DNA of 63,320 nucleotides from Octopus bimaculoides (Eukaryota): NCBI RefSeq assembly GCF_001194135.2, contig NC_068984.1, positions 107,902,946 to 107,966,265 of the forward strand, read 5' to 3'. Shown piece by piece: positions 11,230 to 24,974 of this stretch (position 1 is its first letter; each line of letters starts with the position of its first letter). The notes under the pieces were generated by a model. It saw only the letters and a program-made list of their open reading frames with translations, ran no database searches and was not told where the DNA came from. The position numbers and the translations under genes were made by a program.

Positions 11230-12390
11230 TATGTTTGACTTTTGCTTTGTATTTGTACAAGTTGGCTCCAAGCCTCACCCAGAGACCTCAAGAGACAAGT
11301 TAGAAGTTCATGTTGGTGTTATGCCTAGGGTGTCATATATTTGGTTTTGTACATAGTATTGTTCTAGAAAATGTTTAAGAAAACAAGAAAATTATGAGTT
11401 TGTGTTCAAATTTGAGATAACACAGACAATATTTTACGTAGGCTATAGGCAGTTCCCATGAGCACTATCTTTTGAATTTCTGTCATTTTGGGGTTTTCTG
11501 GTATCTTAGCTAGCTCCTTTTGCTATCATTCCTAGGGCACCTCTGACAATAGGTATTGTTTTAGTCTTGAGGTTCCACATTTTACTAATTTCTATTTCAA
11601 GTTCTTTATACCTGCTCAGTTTTTTGGTAGGTCTTGACAGACACATTTATATCGATTAGGACAGTCATATCAATGAGAAGGCATGATTTTTGTCTGAAGC
11701 CTTTCAATATAATGTCTGGCTTATTCACATCTATCTTTCTGTCAGATTGAATGATGAAGTTCCAGAGTGAGATGTGATCATTTTCAAGCACTGCAGCTGG
11801 TTTGTGTTCCCACCAGTTTTTTATCATGAGGCAGGTCCAGATTGTCGCAAATTACCCAGTGAATATATTGTGCTGCTCTATCATACCTGTTGAGATACTT
11901 TCTAGGCGCAAGAATACCGCACATGGAGACAACATAATCAATTTTTCCTTTTGTTGTTGACATACACGACATGTTGGGCAGCTGCCGTTCTTTAATATGT
12001 TGGCCTAGTCGTTTCATGTAGGTAGGCATAGATCTTGGGCTACTATTATAAACCCTTCTGTTTCTGATTTTAAGCCAGAAGCCACTAACCATTGATGAGT
12101 AAGGGCTTTGTCAACATCGGCACTATTAGCTCTCTCTTTGGGTATTTGCCATTGAAAGGTTTCTCTTGCCATCTATCAGTAAGAATATTTAAGGCAGCGG
12201 TTTTAGCACGGGCTTTCATACGCTTAGCTTTTTCTGTGCTTGTTTCCAGTACGTCTAATTCTGGAATTTGTTGTATTTGGAATTCACTTAGATATTCCTT
12301 TGCCTGTTTTGTTACTGAGTATGATGTTTTCTTGTTTTCATGTTTTGAAAGAAGTTTTAACATACAGTCATGTTCTTATTCAGCGCGGAG
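11230..12390 (-). mobile_element. Decayed 5'-truncated R4/Dong-like element
   Basis: YVVSMCGILAPRKYLNRYDRAAQYIHW, KPAAVLEND..LWNF.IQSDRKIDVNKPDII...CLLIDM. The (TAA)n array at ~12400-12450 is at its 5' end. Confidence 0.85.
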
Positions 12391-12408
12391 CTCCTGTTGT
12401 TGTTATTG

Positions 12409-12451
<43 letters not shown>

Positions 12452-13611
12452 GGTGTTGTTTTTGTTGTTGAAGATGTGCTGATGATGCTCTTATTCCTGT
12501 TCTTGTTTTTCTTGATGATGTTGTTCTTGTTCTTATTTAAAGGGAATTATATTAATTATTATTTTCAACCTGATCATCATTATCATCCTAATAAATCTAA
12601 GTACGGTGGATTGTAGAGTCGATAGAGCATCGAAGAAAACGTTTTTAATGCACTTGTATATGCAAGATAGCATCTATAAGAACATAACATTTCTGTAGTT
12701 GAAGTACAAGAAAATACACTTGGCACACGTGCAAAAAAAATTTTAAAGTGAGCTTTTAAATTCTACAGGGAAAATATTATCATTCTTGTTATTAGTTTTG
12801 TCCTGGCAGCTTTGATGTCGTAAAATTTATATACACTCTTTTGTCTTTGAATTCTCTTTTGTTCCTATACAAACTTATATTAATCTAGTATCTATAATTT
12901 AGAGAAGTGAATTTGGGAATAGGGATGCGACAATAATTACACAACCCTCCTGTGAATGACATTATAATGTGTTGTAATACATGTATCTGTGAGTGCACGC
13001 GTCTCTGTACGTGTGTGTGAATATATACACACATATATATGTGTGCGTGTGTGCATAAGTTCACCATGTATGCTAAAAACTGTTCATATATATGGGGAAC
13101 AGCTTTCCTTTAATGCATGTTCCATTAGATACAACGATTATGTTCAAGTTTTATTATATTTTATATTTTTTATATTTCCTTATTAGATTCTTACAGTTGG
13201 TTTGGAATTGTAGAGTTCCCAAATCTATGCATGACGTTTCTAGACCTTGAGAATCTCATAATTAAGAATTCAGTTGAATATGTTAAGCTTTTGTGTTGTT
13301 CCTTATTTGCTAATTGAATTCATGCACACTCTTCAACGGCCAGTCGTACACTAAAGGTCTTTGACCGTTACTATCATGTTTCAGCACTCGCATATTGATT
13401 TGTTAATCGCTGTCAAATTTTGTCCGTTAGGTTTATATGTGTTTATATGTCCGCATGTATTTTAATAATTTTTATGTTAGAAGTCACATGTTTATATTTT
13501 GATGCAAACACACACACTTCAGAACACGAAGCTATTGACATAACAAAATAACAAATCTAACGGTTAAAATTTGACCATGACAAAAACAAATCAACACTTT
13601 AGTTAGTTATT

Positions 13612-13845
13612 AGGCACATGGCCTAGTCGTCAAGGTGTTGCATTCACGATCGAAACATCATACTTCGATTCCCGGACTGAGCGGCACACTGTGTTCCTGA
13701 GAAAAACACTTCGTTTCAGGTAATGTCAATTTGATGGAGAGAATGAACTTCTGTGGAGCACACATGATTAATGAATATAAAACATATCACCTGGACAACA
13801 TTTCCTATCGTAAACGGCAAGAGATACGCCATATATATGTTCATA
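13612..13845 (+). mobile_element. tRNA-derived SINE; related copy at ~14885-15190
   Basis: A-box-like 'tggcctagtcgtcaagg' and B-box-like 'acttcgattccc'. The body resembles the 14885 copy. Confidence 0.55.
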
Positions 13846-14846
13846 TATATATATATATATATATANNNNNNNNNNNNNNNNNNNNNNNNNNNNNNNNNNN
13901 NNNNNNNNNNNNNNNNNNNNNNNNNNNNNNNNNNNNNNNNNNNNNNNNNNNNNNNNNNNNNNNNNNNNNNNNNNNNNNNNNNNNNNNNNNNNNNNNNNNN
14001 NNNNNNNNNNNNNNNNNNNNNNNNNNNNNNNNNNNNNNNNNNNNNNNNNNNNNNNNNNNNNNNNNNNNNNNNNNNNNNNNNNNNNNNNNNNNNNNNNNNN
14101 NNNNNNNNNNNNNNNNNNNNNNNNNNNNNNNNNNNNNNNNNNNNNNNNNNNNNNNNNNNNNNNNNNNNNNNNNNNNNNNNNNNNNNNNNNNNNNNNNNNN
14201 NNNNNNNNNNNNNNNNNNNNNNNNNNNNNNNNNNNNNNNNNNNNNNNNNNNNNNNNNNNNNNNNNNNNNNNNNNNNNNNNNNNNNNNNNNNNNNNNNNNN
14301 NNNNNNNNNNNNNNNNNNNNNNNNNNNNNNNNNNNNNNNNNNNNNNNNNNNNNNNNNNNNNNNNNNNNNNNNNNNNNNNNNNNNNNNNNNNNNNNNNNNN
14401 NNNNNNNNNNNNNNNNNNNNNNNNNNNNNNNNNNNNNNNNNNNNNNNNNNNNNNNNNNNNNNNNNNNNNNNNNNNNNNNNNNNNNNNNNNNNNNNNNNNN
14501 NNNNNNNNNNNNNNNNNNNNNNNNNNNNNNNNNNNNNNNNNNNNNNNNNNNNNNNNNNNNNNNNNNNNNNNNNNNNNNNNNNNNNNNNNNNNNNNNNNNN
14601 NNNNNNNNNNNNNNNNNNNNNNNNNNNNNNNNNNNNNNNNNNNNNNNNNNNNNNNNNNNNNNNNNNNNNNNNNNNNNNNNNNNNNNNNNNNNNNNNNNNN
14701 NNNNNNNNNNNNNNNNNNNNNNNNNNNNNNNNNNNNNNTCTCACTTCGAGCCATTGGTTCGTCTGGTATCGTGGAGAGGAAAGCGTCGAGTTTTGTCTTG
14801 AAGACCTCCACATCCGTATCTTGCAGGTCTCTCAAATATATGTATA

Positions 14847-14887
<41 letters not shown>

Positions 14888-15341
14888 GTGAGGACGCATG
14901 ACCTAGTGGTTAGGGTCCTGTACACACAATCGTGAGGTCGTGGTTTTAATTCTTAGACCGGACTTGAGCAAAGCACTTCAACTTACGGTGCGTGCTCGGT
15001 GATCACTTCGACACCTGACGTGTGGACGCGTCCACCTGTTCAGGTGTTCAAGCAAATGTCGATTTGGTGGAGGGTATGAGTTAATGTAAGTCACATATAT
15101 TTGATCTCTATAAACAAATCCTTAGTGCAGCATGTCGTTCGACAAAAACTGAACGCTCATACGTCATATTCGACGGGACAGTCCATCGTATATATACATT
15201 TATACACATACACATACATACATACATACATACATACATACATACATACATACATGCATTCATATTCATTCAGTAACTATATCGTATGTTTTTGACGTTA
15301 AAATACCTTCTGCTCATGGCAATCAATGTTTCTCTGGACAG

Positions 15342-15456
15342 GGAAGTGTTATTACAAAGGCCAGTCGTACACTAAAGGTCAGAGTTGGGAAGATGGCTGC
15401 AGTTTGAGATGTACATGTGAAGATGACACTACCGGTTATTACAGCTGTATCGACAG
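15342..15456 (+). CDS. VWC-ShK gene exon C (VWC2 first half): GKCYYKGQSYTKGQSWEDGCSLRCTCEDDTTGYYSCIDR
   Basis: Acceptor tttctctggacag|GG, donor AG|gtgagt, 115 nt, phase 1 to 2. Same Cys/Gly/Trp spacing as exon A. Confidence 0.93.
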
Positions 15457-15959
15457 GTGAGTATTCACTGCGTATTCACTGCTTATGTCTCTGGACACTA
15501 CGTAGACTCATATATAAGTGTCTCTACATCACGATCAACCATACGAGATCAACCATACGAAAGGTATTCAGTAGAATAAGACACTGTGGAACTAATGGTA
15601 TTATATGTATATATATATATATATATAGAAGAGACAAACACACTCACATATATATAAGTAATATTTATCGCCACATCAATATGGCTGATCCGATGTCACT
15701 TCCATTTTTAAGCCCAGGAAGACCCTCTGCTAAGAACGTGGTAGTAACGTGGAACAGCTATATTGATGTGGCGACAAACATTACTTTTCAGCATAGTTAC
15801 CACTTTCACCTCTTATAGAGGCTCTCTAACTAGCTACCTTGTTTGTCATATATACAGGGTGTCGATTGGTAAGTATCGCCATTTTATATTTAATATTTTT
15901 TATTTTGTGAATGCGCATTGTTTGCTTTTGATTTTGATTTCATTGACTATACAGTATAG

Positions 15960-16563
15960 TAGGGGCAGTTAGGCACCCTCTGTGAGTGAAAAAGTACCAT
16001 GACGCTTTTCACTCTGTCAGAAATATAGAAACGACATGCTGTACACAGAGGCCTACATCAAGTGCCTAGGGGAGGTAGTGCTGCTCTGGGTGAAGAGGGT
16101 ATCTCCTGGTAGACCCTATGTCTGGCAACAGGACTCTGCACCATGTCACACAGGCAGGAAAACCCAGTAAGATAATTTCTGCGACCACATCACCCCTAAC
16201 GTCTAGCCACCTAATTCCCCAGAATGCAACCCCCATTGATTATTATGTGTAGGACGCAGCTGATCGAGAGACCAAGGAAATTCCTTATAACACCAAAGAT
16301 GAACAAAGATAACACCAAAGGCAAGGATTATGCCAGCATTTACCGACTTAAAAAGGAGAGACCGTCGAGAAGAGTTGCAGGAGATTCCCAAGTCGTCTGA
16401 AGGCCATGGTTTAAGCCAATGGCGATTTTATTGAATGACTTTACTCTTTAGTATTTCAAGATAGTTTTACGTAATTTTGGTAAATATATCTGTTAAAATA
16501 AGTTGACAGTTTTATTTTCGATTTGTGTAATTTAGACGACAGATTATTCACCGCACGCTGTAT
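15960..16563 (+). mobile_element. 3' half of a Tc1/mariner-superfamily (maT-like) DNA transposon
   Basis: GRPYVWQQDSAPCH and PNSPECNP.DYYV motifs. Ends in 'ttattcaccgcacgctgtata' (TIR plus TA). Confidence 0.8.
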
Positions 16564-17194
16564 ATATATATATATATATATANNNNNNNNNNNNNNNNNN
16601 NNNNNNNNNNNNNNNNNNNNNNNNNNNNNNNNNNNNNNNNNNNNNNNNNNNNNNNNNNNNNNNNNNNNNNNNNNNNNNNNNNNNNNNNNNNNNNNNNNNN
16701 NNNNNNNNNNNNNNNNNNNNNNNNNNNNNNNNNNNNNNNNNNNNNNNNNNNNNNNNNNNNNNNNNNNNNNNNNNNNNNNNNNNNNNNNNNNNNNNNNNNN
16801 NNNNNNNNNNNNNNNNNNNNNNNNNNNNNNNNNNNNNNNNNNNNNNNNNNNNNNNNNNNNNNNNNNNNNNNNNNNNNNNNNNNNNNNNNNNNNNNNNNNN
16901 NNNNNNNNNNNNNNNNNNNNNNNNNNNNNNNNNNNNNNNNNNNNNNNNNNNNNNNNNNNNNNNNNNNNNNNNNNNNNNNNNNNNNNNNNNNNNNNNNNNN
17001 NNNNNNNNNNNNNNNNNNNNNNNNNNNNNNNNNNNNNNNNNNNNNNNNNNNNNNNNNNNNNNNNNNNNNNNNNNNNNNNNNNNNNNNNNNNNNNNNNNNN
17101 NNNNNNNNNNNNNNNNNNNNNNNNNNNNNNNNNNNNNNNNNNNNNNNNNNNNNNNNNNNNNNNNNNNNNNNNNNNNNNNNNNNNNNNNNNNNAT

Positions 17195-17225
<31 letters not shown>

Positions 17226-18912
17226 AAGGAACTCGGAATGTTGCCCCACCCCACCCCACCTCATCCAGGCCTTTCACGATACTCTTGAAATCGGGAACCT
17301 TTCAGCACCTCCTCGTATCTTCTTACGTTTTAAGTTTTATTCCTCCTTTATACCCCATATATATATATATATATATATCGTGTTACGCTATGAAGCGATA
17401 GACGATACCAGAATCCTTAAAGTAACCGCATAAGAGCATAAGTGGAGTCTAAACTGGCTTGTTTGTACTGTAATAATAATATTTTGAAATCATTTAATAC
17501 GTACGTTTCAGGTGTGCGTAATATATAAGCGGAAATGCTTCCACTACGAAAACCTTCCTCAGTTAAAAATATTTCAAAATATTTTGAAGTGTATATGTAT
17601 GTCTACAGTATGTATGCATATGTGCGCGCGCGCGCGTGTGTATGTGTATGTGTGTGTAATCTGACTAAATTAAACAATTATAGATAAACTAGTAGGTGGG
17701 ATACCACTTTTAACTCAATGGTTTATTGACGTAAAAGCAAGGGGCATGGTGCGGAGCATATGAAAGAAAATCACCGGGAATGTATCTCTACAGAAATGTC
17801 CTAAGGGTCATTTGAGGAGAACAAAACTCAAAGAAACAACGTCGCCGCCTACTTAGCTGCCTCGGAAAGGTTAAAGCGAAATCACATTTTACTAGCAAAG
17901 GTGAATAGGAAAATAGATGTAGCACCGATAATTAACTAACCTGGAGAAGAAGAAGAAGAAGAAGAAGAAGAAGAAGAAGAAGAAGAAGAAGAAGAAGAAG
18001 AAGAAGAAGAAGAAGAAGAAGATTTGTTGTACTGTAGGTTGAAGAACTCCCACAAGGTGTTCTATCTGACGATTGTGCCAACTCACTGCCATGAACTGGT
18101 AATATATACAGTCCCTTTATGTTCTTAATATTAAAGGTATCCATCAATGTGTTATCATCCTTACTTGAAAGCAGAGAACAATCGATCGTATCGGGATATT
18201 CATTTTAACGATGCCAGAATAGTATAAATCAATCGTCCTCGGTGGCATTTGAATTCAGAAGATGAAGAATTAATCTCTGTAAAGCAGTTTTTCTGATATT
18301 CTAACGTGGATTCTGAACGATATTTTACTTTACATGCATGTATACCATTCGTGTATCTATTATATAATATATAAAATTCGTATATATCTGGTATAATATA
18401 TATATATATATATATATATAATATAAATATTTATACCTGTCACATGATAAACAATATTTGTGCGGATTTGCGTAGAGTGCCGAATCTAAATAATTTCATG
18501 TCTTTGCCATGTCCGCTGCACAACTGCTAATATTTACTTAATTTAGAAGATACTGTACAGATTTGTTCAGTTAAATGGAAAGTTTCACCGGAATCTGAAC
18601 AAGACGCCAATCAATATCCTATCGAAGTCTAAAATGTAAGGAATTATTAGGAAATAATTCATCGAACCTTTTACTATTTAGTCTGATATGCTTCACATTC
18701 TCAACCATCTTTGATCACGACTTATAATTGATCAGTAGTGATTAAGTATAATTTCGTTTTATTATTTTTATTGATTATTAATTATTAATTATCAATGAAC
18801 CATGTAAGCGATAAGAAATCTTTTAGGTGAATAAATTGTAATAAACATTAATTAATGCATTGACAGTCGGATTTGGATAGGAATTTAGTAGGATAGAAAA
18901 AGGATAGATTCA

Positions 18913-19765
18913 TACGCGGTAGTGTCAAAAGGTTATGGGACTAGTTATGTTTAATAAAAAAAAAATAACTTATTTACCTGAGTTTTAACATCATCTCCTT
19001 CGAAAAAGTCACGTGGTGCAGCAATGCACTGGTCCCAGCGTTCCTGAACTTTTGGAATCTGGCCTGGAAGTCGTTTTCTGTTAAAACGGCGAACTTTGGG
19101 CTGCATTTTCATCTTGGGAGAGATGGAAGTCTGCTGGTACTAAGTCTGGCGAATAGGGCGAGTGCGAAAACGAAACCATGTTGTTTTTGCCGAGAAACTC
19201 ACGAGTGCGGAGAACTCGGTGACAGGATCTACTGTCGTCGTGAAGAATCCAATTCTTCGCACTCCACAAATCTGGTCGCTTTCGCAGAATGTCCTCCCTC
19301 AAAATGTCGCTGTAGAACTCTCGATTGACGTTCTGAGCCTGAGGGATGAACTCTCGATGCACAGGAACACATTTCATAGGGTGATGCTCGTGGCAGGTCT
19401 TTCAGGTCGCCCATCGTCTTCCAGAGATGTTCTTCCACCTTTGAAGCGCCCGAGCGACTCGAAACATTACGTACGACCCATTACCTCGTCGCCGTAAGCT
19501 TGACAAAGCATGCTCAACGTCTCTGTAGCAGACTTCCCAAATTTAATGCCAAATTTCACGTTGACTCTTGGTTCCTGTCCATGACAAAATTGCAGACTAC
19601 AGAATACACGTGATCACAAAAACACAAATTGCACAACTTGCGAAGTAATGTCACTCGGCACAATGCCTCATGAAGGTCACTGCTAGCTCTCACTGCGCAT
19701 GCAACAATGTGCTGCTATCTGTTGGCACGCTACAGAACAGTCCAATAACTTTTTGATGCCACTTC
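18913..19765 (-). mobile_element. Internally deleted mariner element with degenerate TIRs
   Basis: WILHDD...HSPYSPDLVPADF and an HTH remnant LEDDGRPERP. Ends gtagtgtcaaaaggttatgggact / agtccaataactttttgatgccac are inverted repeats (19/24 match). Confidence 0.82.
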
Positions 19766-20216
19766 CTTTTATTCGAGATGCTCAAGCCTACAAGTTTCTC
19801 AGTATAAATACAGACAGACAGACAAACAGATAAAGATATAGATATATACACATACGTATATATATATATATATACATAATATAAGAATATATATATATAC
19901 ATGCATGTATATACGTACAGAGATATACATATATATACATGCATGTATGTGTATACACACACACCATCGTATGTGTAATGTTTAATAGACGCGCACATAC
20001 ACGCATATAAACAGATAGAGAGTGTGAGAGAGAGACAGAGAGAGATAGAGAGATCAAGTATTGAAAGGTGGGTTAATCGGTTCTTAACGACCTTTAAGAA
20101 ATATGGAACTAAGCGGACTGCACTCGTTCTCATGTGTCTCTGGTTTATTCACAGGATATATTTTAGCGGAGAGATAACATATTTCTATTAGACATACGAT
20201 ATATGATTTCTGTAAA

Positions 20217-20259
<43 letters not shown>

Positions 20260-20678
20260 TCCATTGGTAGCATCGTGTTATAAGATTTCCTGAGACACAT
20301 TTATTCAAAATAGCTTTGTGTTGGCACCTACGATGGTATCATTATGTACAGACTTATGCTAGTAACAGCTCATTCACATTTTCTGTTTGTCGATATATCT
20401 TTCAGAACTTCGGTAACTGATTGGTGAAGTTAGCGACACTTCGACCGTTTGCTCACAACTTATATTTTTACAACGTAACTACATAGACATCATTCGATAT
20501 ATATTATACGAGCAAAATGGCTAGTTTTAAAATCTCTAAATGAGATATGAGTAGTAACGGTAAAGTTTATTTCCCAACATGAGGTGATTGTTCTATCCAG
20601 AACAGGTAGTAACATAGTTCTGGATAGAACAGCGACCTTATGTTGACACACTTTACCGATATATTTTATATTATTTCC

Positions 20679-20740
<62 letters not shown>

Positions 20741-21044
20741 GTAGGTAGTTAGGTAGGTAACTTTCTTTATTGGCCACACAGGGCTGAACACAGAGGGGAC
20801 AAATACAAATGTAGAGCTTTTCTTTTCGAAAATGAAAAAGAAAAAGGGGGAAAAAAAGAAAAAAAAAAGTAAAATTCCAATCAAAAGGGTCGAGAAAAAA
20901 AAGCGATCAAAAGTGGTCGTATATCACAGAAGAAATTTTTAAAATGTAAGAAGCAAGATTAGGTTTATCCGTGGAAAGAAAAAACTACAGAAAAGACCAC
21001 GATAACCTCAAGCAGGGAGGGAATAAACACATGAGAGCAAAGTG

Positions 21045-21098
<54 letters not shown>

Positions 21099-21350
21099 NN
21101 NNNNNNNNNNNNNNNNNNNNNNNNNNNNNNNNNNNNNNNNNNNNNNNNNNNNNNNNNNNNNNNNNNNNNNNNNNNNNNNNNNNNNNNNNNNNNNNNNNNN
21201 NNNNNNNNNNNNNNNNNNNNNNNNNNNNNNNNNNNNNNNNNNNNNNNNNNNNNNNNNNNNNNNNNNNNNNNNNNNNNNNNNNNNNNNNNNNNNNNNNNNN
21301 NNNNNNNNNNNNNNNNNNNNNNNNNNNNNNNNNNNNNNNNNNNNNNNNNN

Positions 21351-22450
21351 TTTTGAAACTTTCACGAGACAAAAACTGCCTCTCCATTCTCACCTTCCTT
21401 TTCAAGTGATACTTGAAAAGGTTGATGAGCGATTGGCCACCACACACATTCTTTCACCATGGCCACCAGTACGATGAAAACTGCCTTGCTTTCCCAGTTG
21501 AGGGAAGGTGGCGGAGCAATCGACAGGACAGAGTCGGCCGACAGGCGGACTCGTCCCACACGTGACAGCAGACGTTCGGCATAAGCCCACAGGTCCGAAA
21601 TGGTTGGACACTGCACGAGTGTGTGCAGAACGGGTTCGTCGCTCTGACTGCATCTCGGGCAAGTCGGTCCGATGTGTCTTGAGCCGTGCCTGTAGAGCTT
21701 ATCCCGAACAGGTAATGCTTTTCGATAGCACTGCCAGGCCAGGGATCTTTGGTGATTNNNNNNNNNNNNNNNNNNNNNNNNNNNNNNNNNNNNNNNNNNN
21801 NNNNNNNNNNNNNNNNNNNNNNNNNNNNNNNNNNNNNNNNNNNNNNNNNNNNNNNNNNNNNNNNNNNNNNNNNNNNNNNNNNNNNNNNNNNNNNNNNNNN
21901 NNNNNNNNNNNNNNNNNNNNNNNNNNNNNNNNNNNNNNNNNNNNNNNNNNNNNNNNNNNNNNNNNNNNNNNNNNNNNNNNNNNNNNNNNNNNNNNNNNNN
22001 NNNNNNNNNNNNNNNNNNNNNNNNNNNNNNNNNNNNNNNNNNNNNNNNNNNNNNNNNNNNNNNNNNNNNNNNNNNNNNNNNNNNNNNNNNNNNNNNNNNN
22101 NNNNNNTGTTTGATCCACAACCGCAGTTCGGCCAAGGAGACGAGCTACGGGAAAGCGTGCTGCACAAACGGCGACCACACCTGTTCACAATCGTCTATGA
22201 AGCACCGGAGATGTCGCAGTCTCAGCACATGTCTGCGCATCATCAACCACGGCATGCCTACCCCTCCATTTAGCGGGTGTTGACAGCAAATCGATCGCCT
22301 AACCATCGGAACGCTTCCCTTTCACAAGATAGATAGGTATGGCCGGTTCATAGGGTAGTCCAAGGTTTCACGTCTATAAAGCGCTTGGTTTTAAATACGT
22401 CTCATTGGACCTTAATGACCTGGTTGGCAAGATTCTTGAAGTGAATTCGT
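21351..22450 (-). mobile_element. L1/Tx1-clade LINE ORF2 C-terminal fragment (zf-RVT), gap inside
   Basis: LAWQCYRKALPVRDKL...CPRCSQSDEPVLHTLVQCP..LW is a C-x2-C-x8-H-x4-C zinc finger typical of L1/Tx1. Confidence 0.8.
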
Positions 22451-23007
22451 ATGTTGAAACAAATTTTGCATCCAAATCCATTTGGAACATCCGAAGCAGC
22501 GGTTTTTTAAAATTCTTACGTACGTAAGAAGAAATTATATAAACATGTGTTTAATATAATTTCTTCTACATTTGCTCTGCATAGCGTAACCAGTAACACT
22601 ACAAAGTATAGTAGTAACTAAACTACTATACTGGAACCAAACTGGATGATGATAATCTACAGGCGCAGAGCTCTAAACTCACTAGTAGTAGTCATACAAC
22701 TCATTTACGCACAAAGTATATTAGTTTACATGCATATAAGTTGCGCTCAGCCGATATATATATATATATATGCAAATGAATGAATACGGAATATATACGT
22801 GAGCTCCTTCAAGTTTCATGTTCAGATTGTGTCATAAATTGGATGGGCCTGTATAACGTACCCGCGACGATCCAACAACTGTTCAGGCTCAAATAATAGA
22901 TTAGACTATCCGAGCATAAAACTTGAAGTAGCTCATCATTAAATGCTATTTGTCTCTCGCTGAATTGAGGGCATTTTTGTCTATCTATCTATCAATGTAT
23001 ATTTCAG

Positions 23008-23174
23008 GTGTCCCGGTTATTCAAGTATCCCTACAACTTGCAAACTAAAACCTGATCCGAAAGATCCAAAATGCTGCAAAATGCCTGATTGTCAATCTTC
23101 GAATAAACTTGTTCCATTACGAAGTCTCAGAAACGGGTTCGGCAGATCTCCTCGTCCAATAAATTCTCAACAAA
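23008..23174 (+). CDS. VWC-ShK gene exon D (VWC2 second half plus basic linker): RCPGYSSIPTTCKLKPDPKDPKCCKMPDCQSSNKLVPLRSLRNGFGRSPRPINSQQ
   Basis: Acceptor gtatatttcag|G, donor A|gtaagt, 167 nt, phase 2 to 1. Confidence 0.92.
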
Positions 23175-23851
23175 GTAAGTATTTATTTTCATCTAGCATA
23201 GTATTATATTACAATCCCATACATAAAATCTCTATTAATTTTTCCAAATTGTTCTGTTCCTTCTGATTGAGCTGAATTCTGGTACCTTATTTTGATGAAC
23301 CCGCAAGACTGAAAGTCAAACATCATTCATAAAAATACACCATTGAACTCTGAATAATGCCATCAGACCGTTGACCGCATGCATTTCTTCGTTGTTATGC
23401 ATCTTCAGCTACGGCTACTTTTTGTCGCACTCATTGTTTTCAATCTAACATAATGATACTGAAAGTTAGCACTTTGGCTTCATTATTCTAATTCACCTAA
23501 TCATGTTCTTTTGAAGCGGTCACTCCAGAACTGTATAAATATATATTCGTTTATTCTTTCAGCTAGTTTCAGGCATTCGATTGCAGCAAAGTCAGGACAT
23601 TTCGCACAATACATTTTAATCCATTTTAGTAACTTAATGGAGTGAATAAGCTAACGTGCGGCACGAACATTTGTTCACTATAAACAAAACATTTGTGTAG
23701 GTTGCTCGGCAAAAGCTGGCTGCTCATGAGCCGTCTTCGACAGGAGAATCCATCGGGTGTGTGTGTGTGTGTGTACAGTATATCCTTTGTCCTTTACCTG
23801 TTTCAGTAACCAAACTATGGCCATACTGGGACACCGCCCCGAATACATTTA

Positions 23852-23926
<75 letters not shown>

Positions 23927-24519
23927 ATGTATGTATGTATATGTATGTATGTATATGTATGTATATGTATGTATGTATATACATGTATATGTATGTATGT
24001 ATATACATGTATATGTATGTATGTATGTATATATATATGTATATATATATATATATGTATACACATATATATAGATATGCATATATCTATATGTATGTGT
24101 GTAGTCTCACGAGATAACTTCTGCAGTGAAGCTATTTTGTGCCTTAGTGTACACGAACATGTTAAATACGATTTTAAAAGCCTGTTTCCTTCAACGCCAC
24201 TTAGTGCACCTCTAATTAATTCCAGCTTGACAAAGCTTTGTGTACATCACTAAAGAACTATTTGCTGCCTGATATAAGAACAATCTCTTCTTAGTTGCTA
24301 TGAAAGGCTAGCTACTCGGTAACCGTAGCTGAAGTCCCAGTTAAATATTGGGTCGATGTAATTAGCTGTGCTCTTCTTCACAAACAGTTGTTGCCTTCAC
24401 TTTACTCATAAATCATTATTTCATTTGTTATATTTCAGGGTGGTCATTTTTTGCCAAATAAACACATACTATATACTCGTTCTTCACTTCAGCTTTATTA
24501 TTATCCTTATTTTAGTATC

Positions 24520-24568
24520 CTATGTCAAAAATCTTTCGTCACAAATTCTGTGACCTCTTCAGCGACTC
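24520..24568 (-). ncRNA. Decayed Penelope-type minimal hammerhead motif, antisense to the gene
   Basis: Minus strand reads gagtcg-CTGAAGA-G-GTCACA-gaatt-TGTGAC-GAAA-GATTTT-tgac. Core and stem II are intact; stem III is one substitution from the palindrome AGATCT. Confidence 0.4.
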
Positions 24569-24767
24569 TCCATCCCGCATGTCTCCTCCTCTCCTGAAGC
24601 TGAAGTGAAAAATGTCTATATAGTGCGTGTGTTTATTTGGGAAAAAAAAATGACCATCTCGAAATATAACGATATTTGTTTCGACGCATGATTGAACATC
24701 AGAACTCTTACAAAACAAATACAGAAACGTAATTATTTCATTTGATTTTCTTTTCTTTTCCTTTCAG

Positions 24768-24882
24768 ATGTTTGTTTGTTCAATCACACAACCTACCATC
24801 AAGGTGACAGTTGGAACGTTGGTTGTGAAATGGAATGCGACTGTACAAATGCTAAAAAGCAACAATTCAAATGTCAATCGAG
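24768..24882 (+). CDS. VWC-ShK gene exon E (VWC3 first half): NVCLFNHTTYHQGDSWNVGCEMECDCTNAKKQQFKCQSR
   Basis: Long polypyrimidine acceptor ttttcttttcctttcag|AT, donor AG|gtgagt, 115 nt, phase 1 to 2. Confidence 0.93.
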
Positions 24883-24974
24883 GTGAGTAAATTTAGTTAA
24901 AATGAGAGCGGATAATGAAAAAACGAGATGGGATTTTGCTGCCTGATATATAAAACTGTCAATTTTTCTTTCAG

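Noticed and set aside
12768-12830. Possible exon after 'ttctacag'
   Set aside because: Stops in all three frames and no fitting donor; exon B splices cleanly to exon C.
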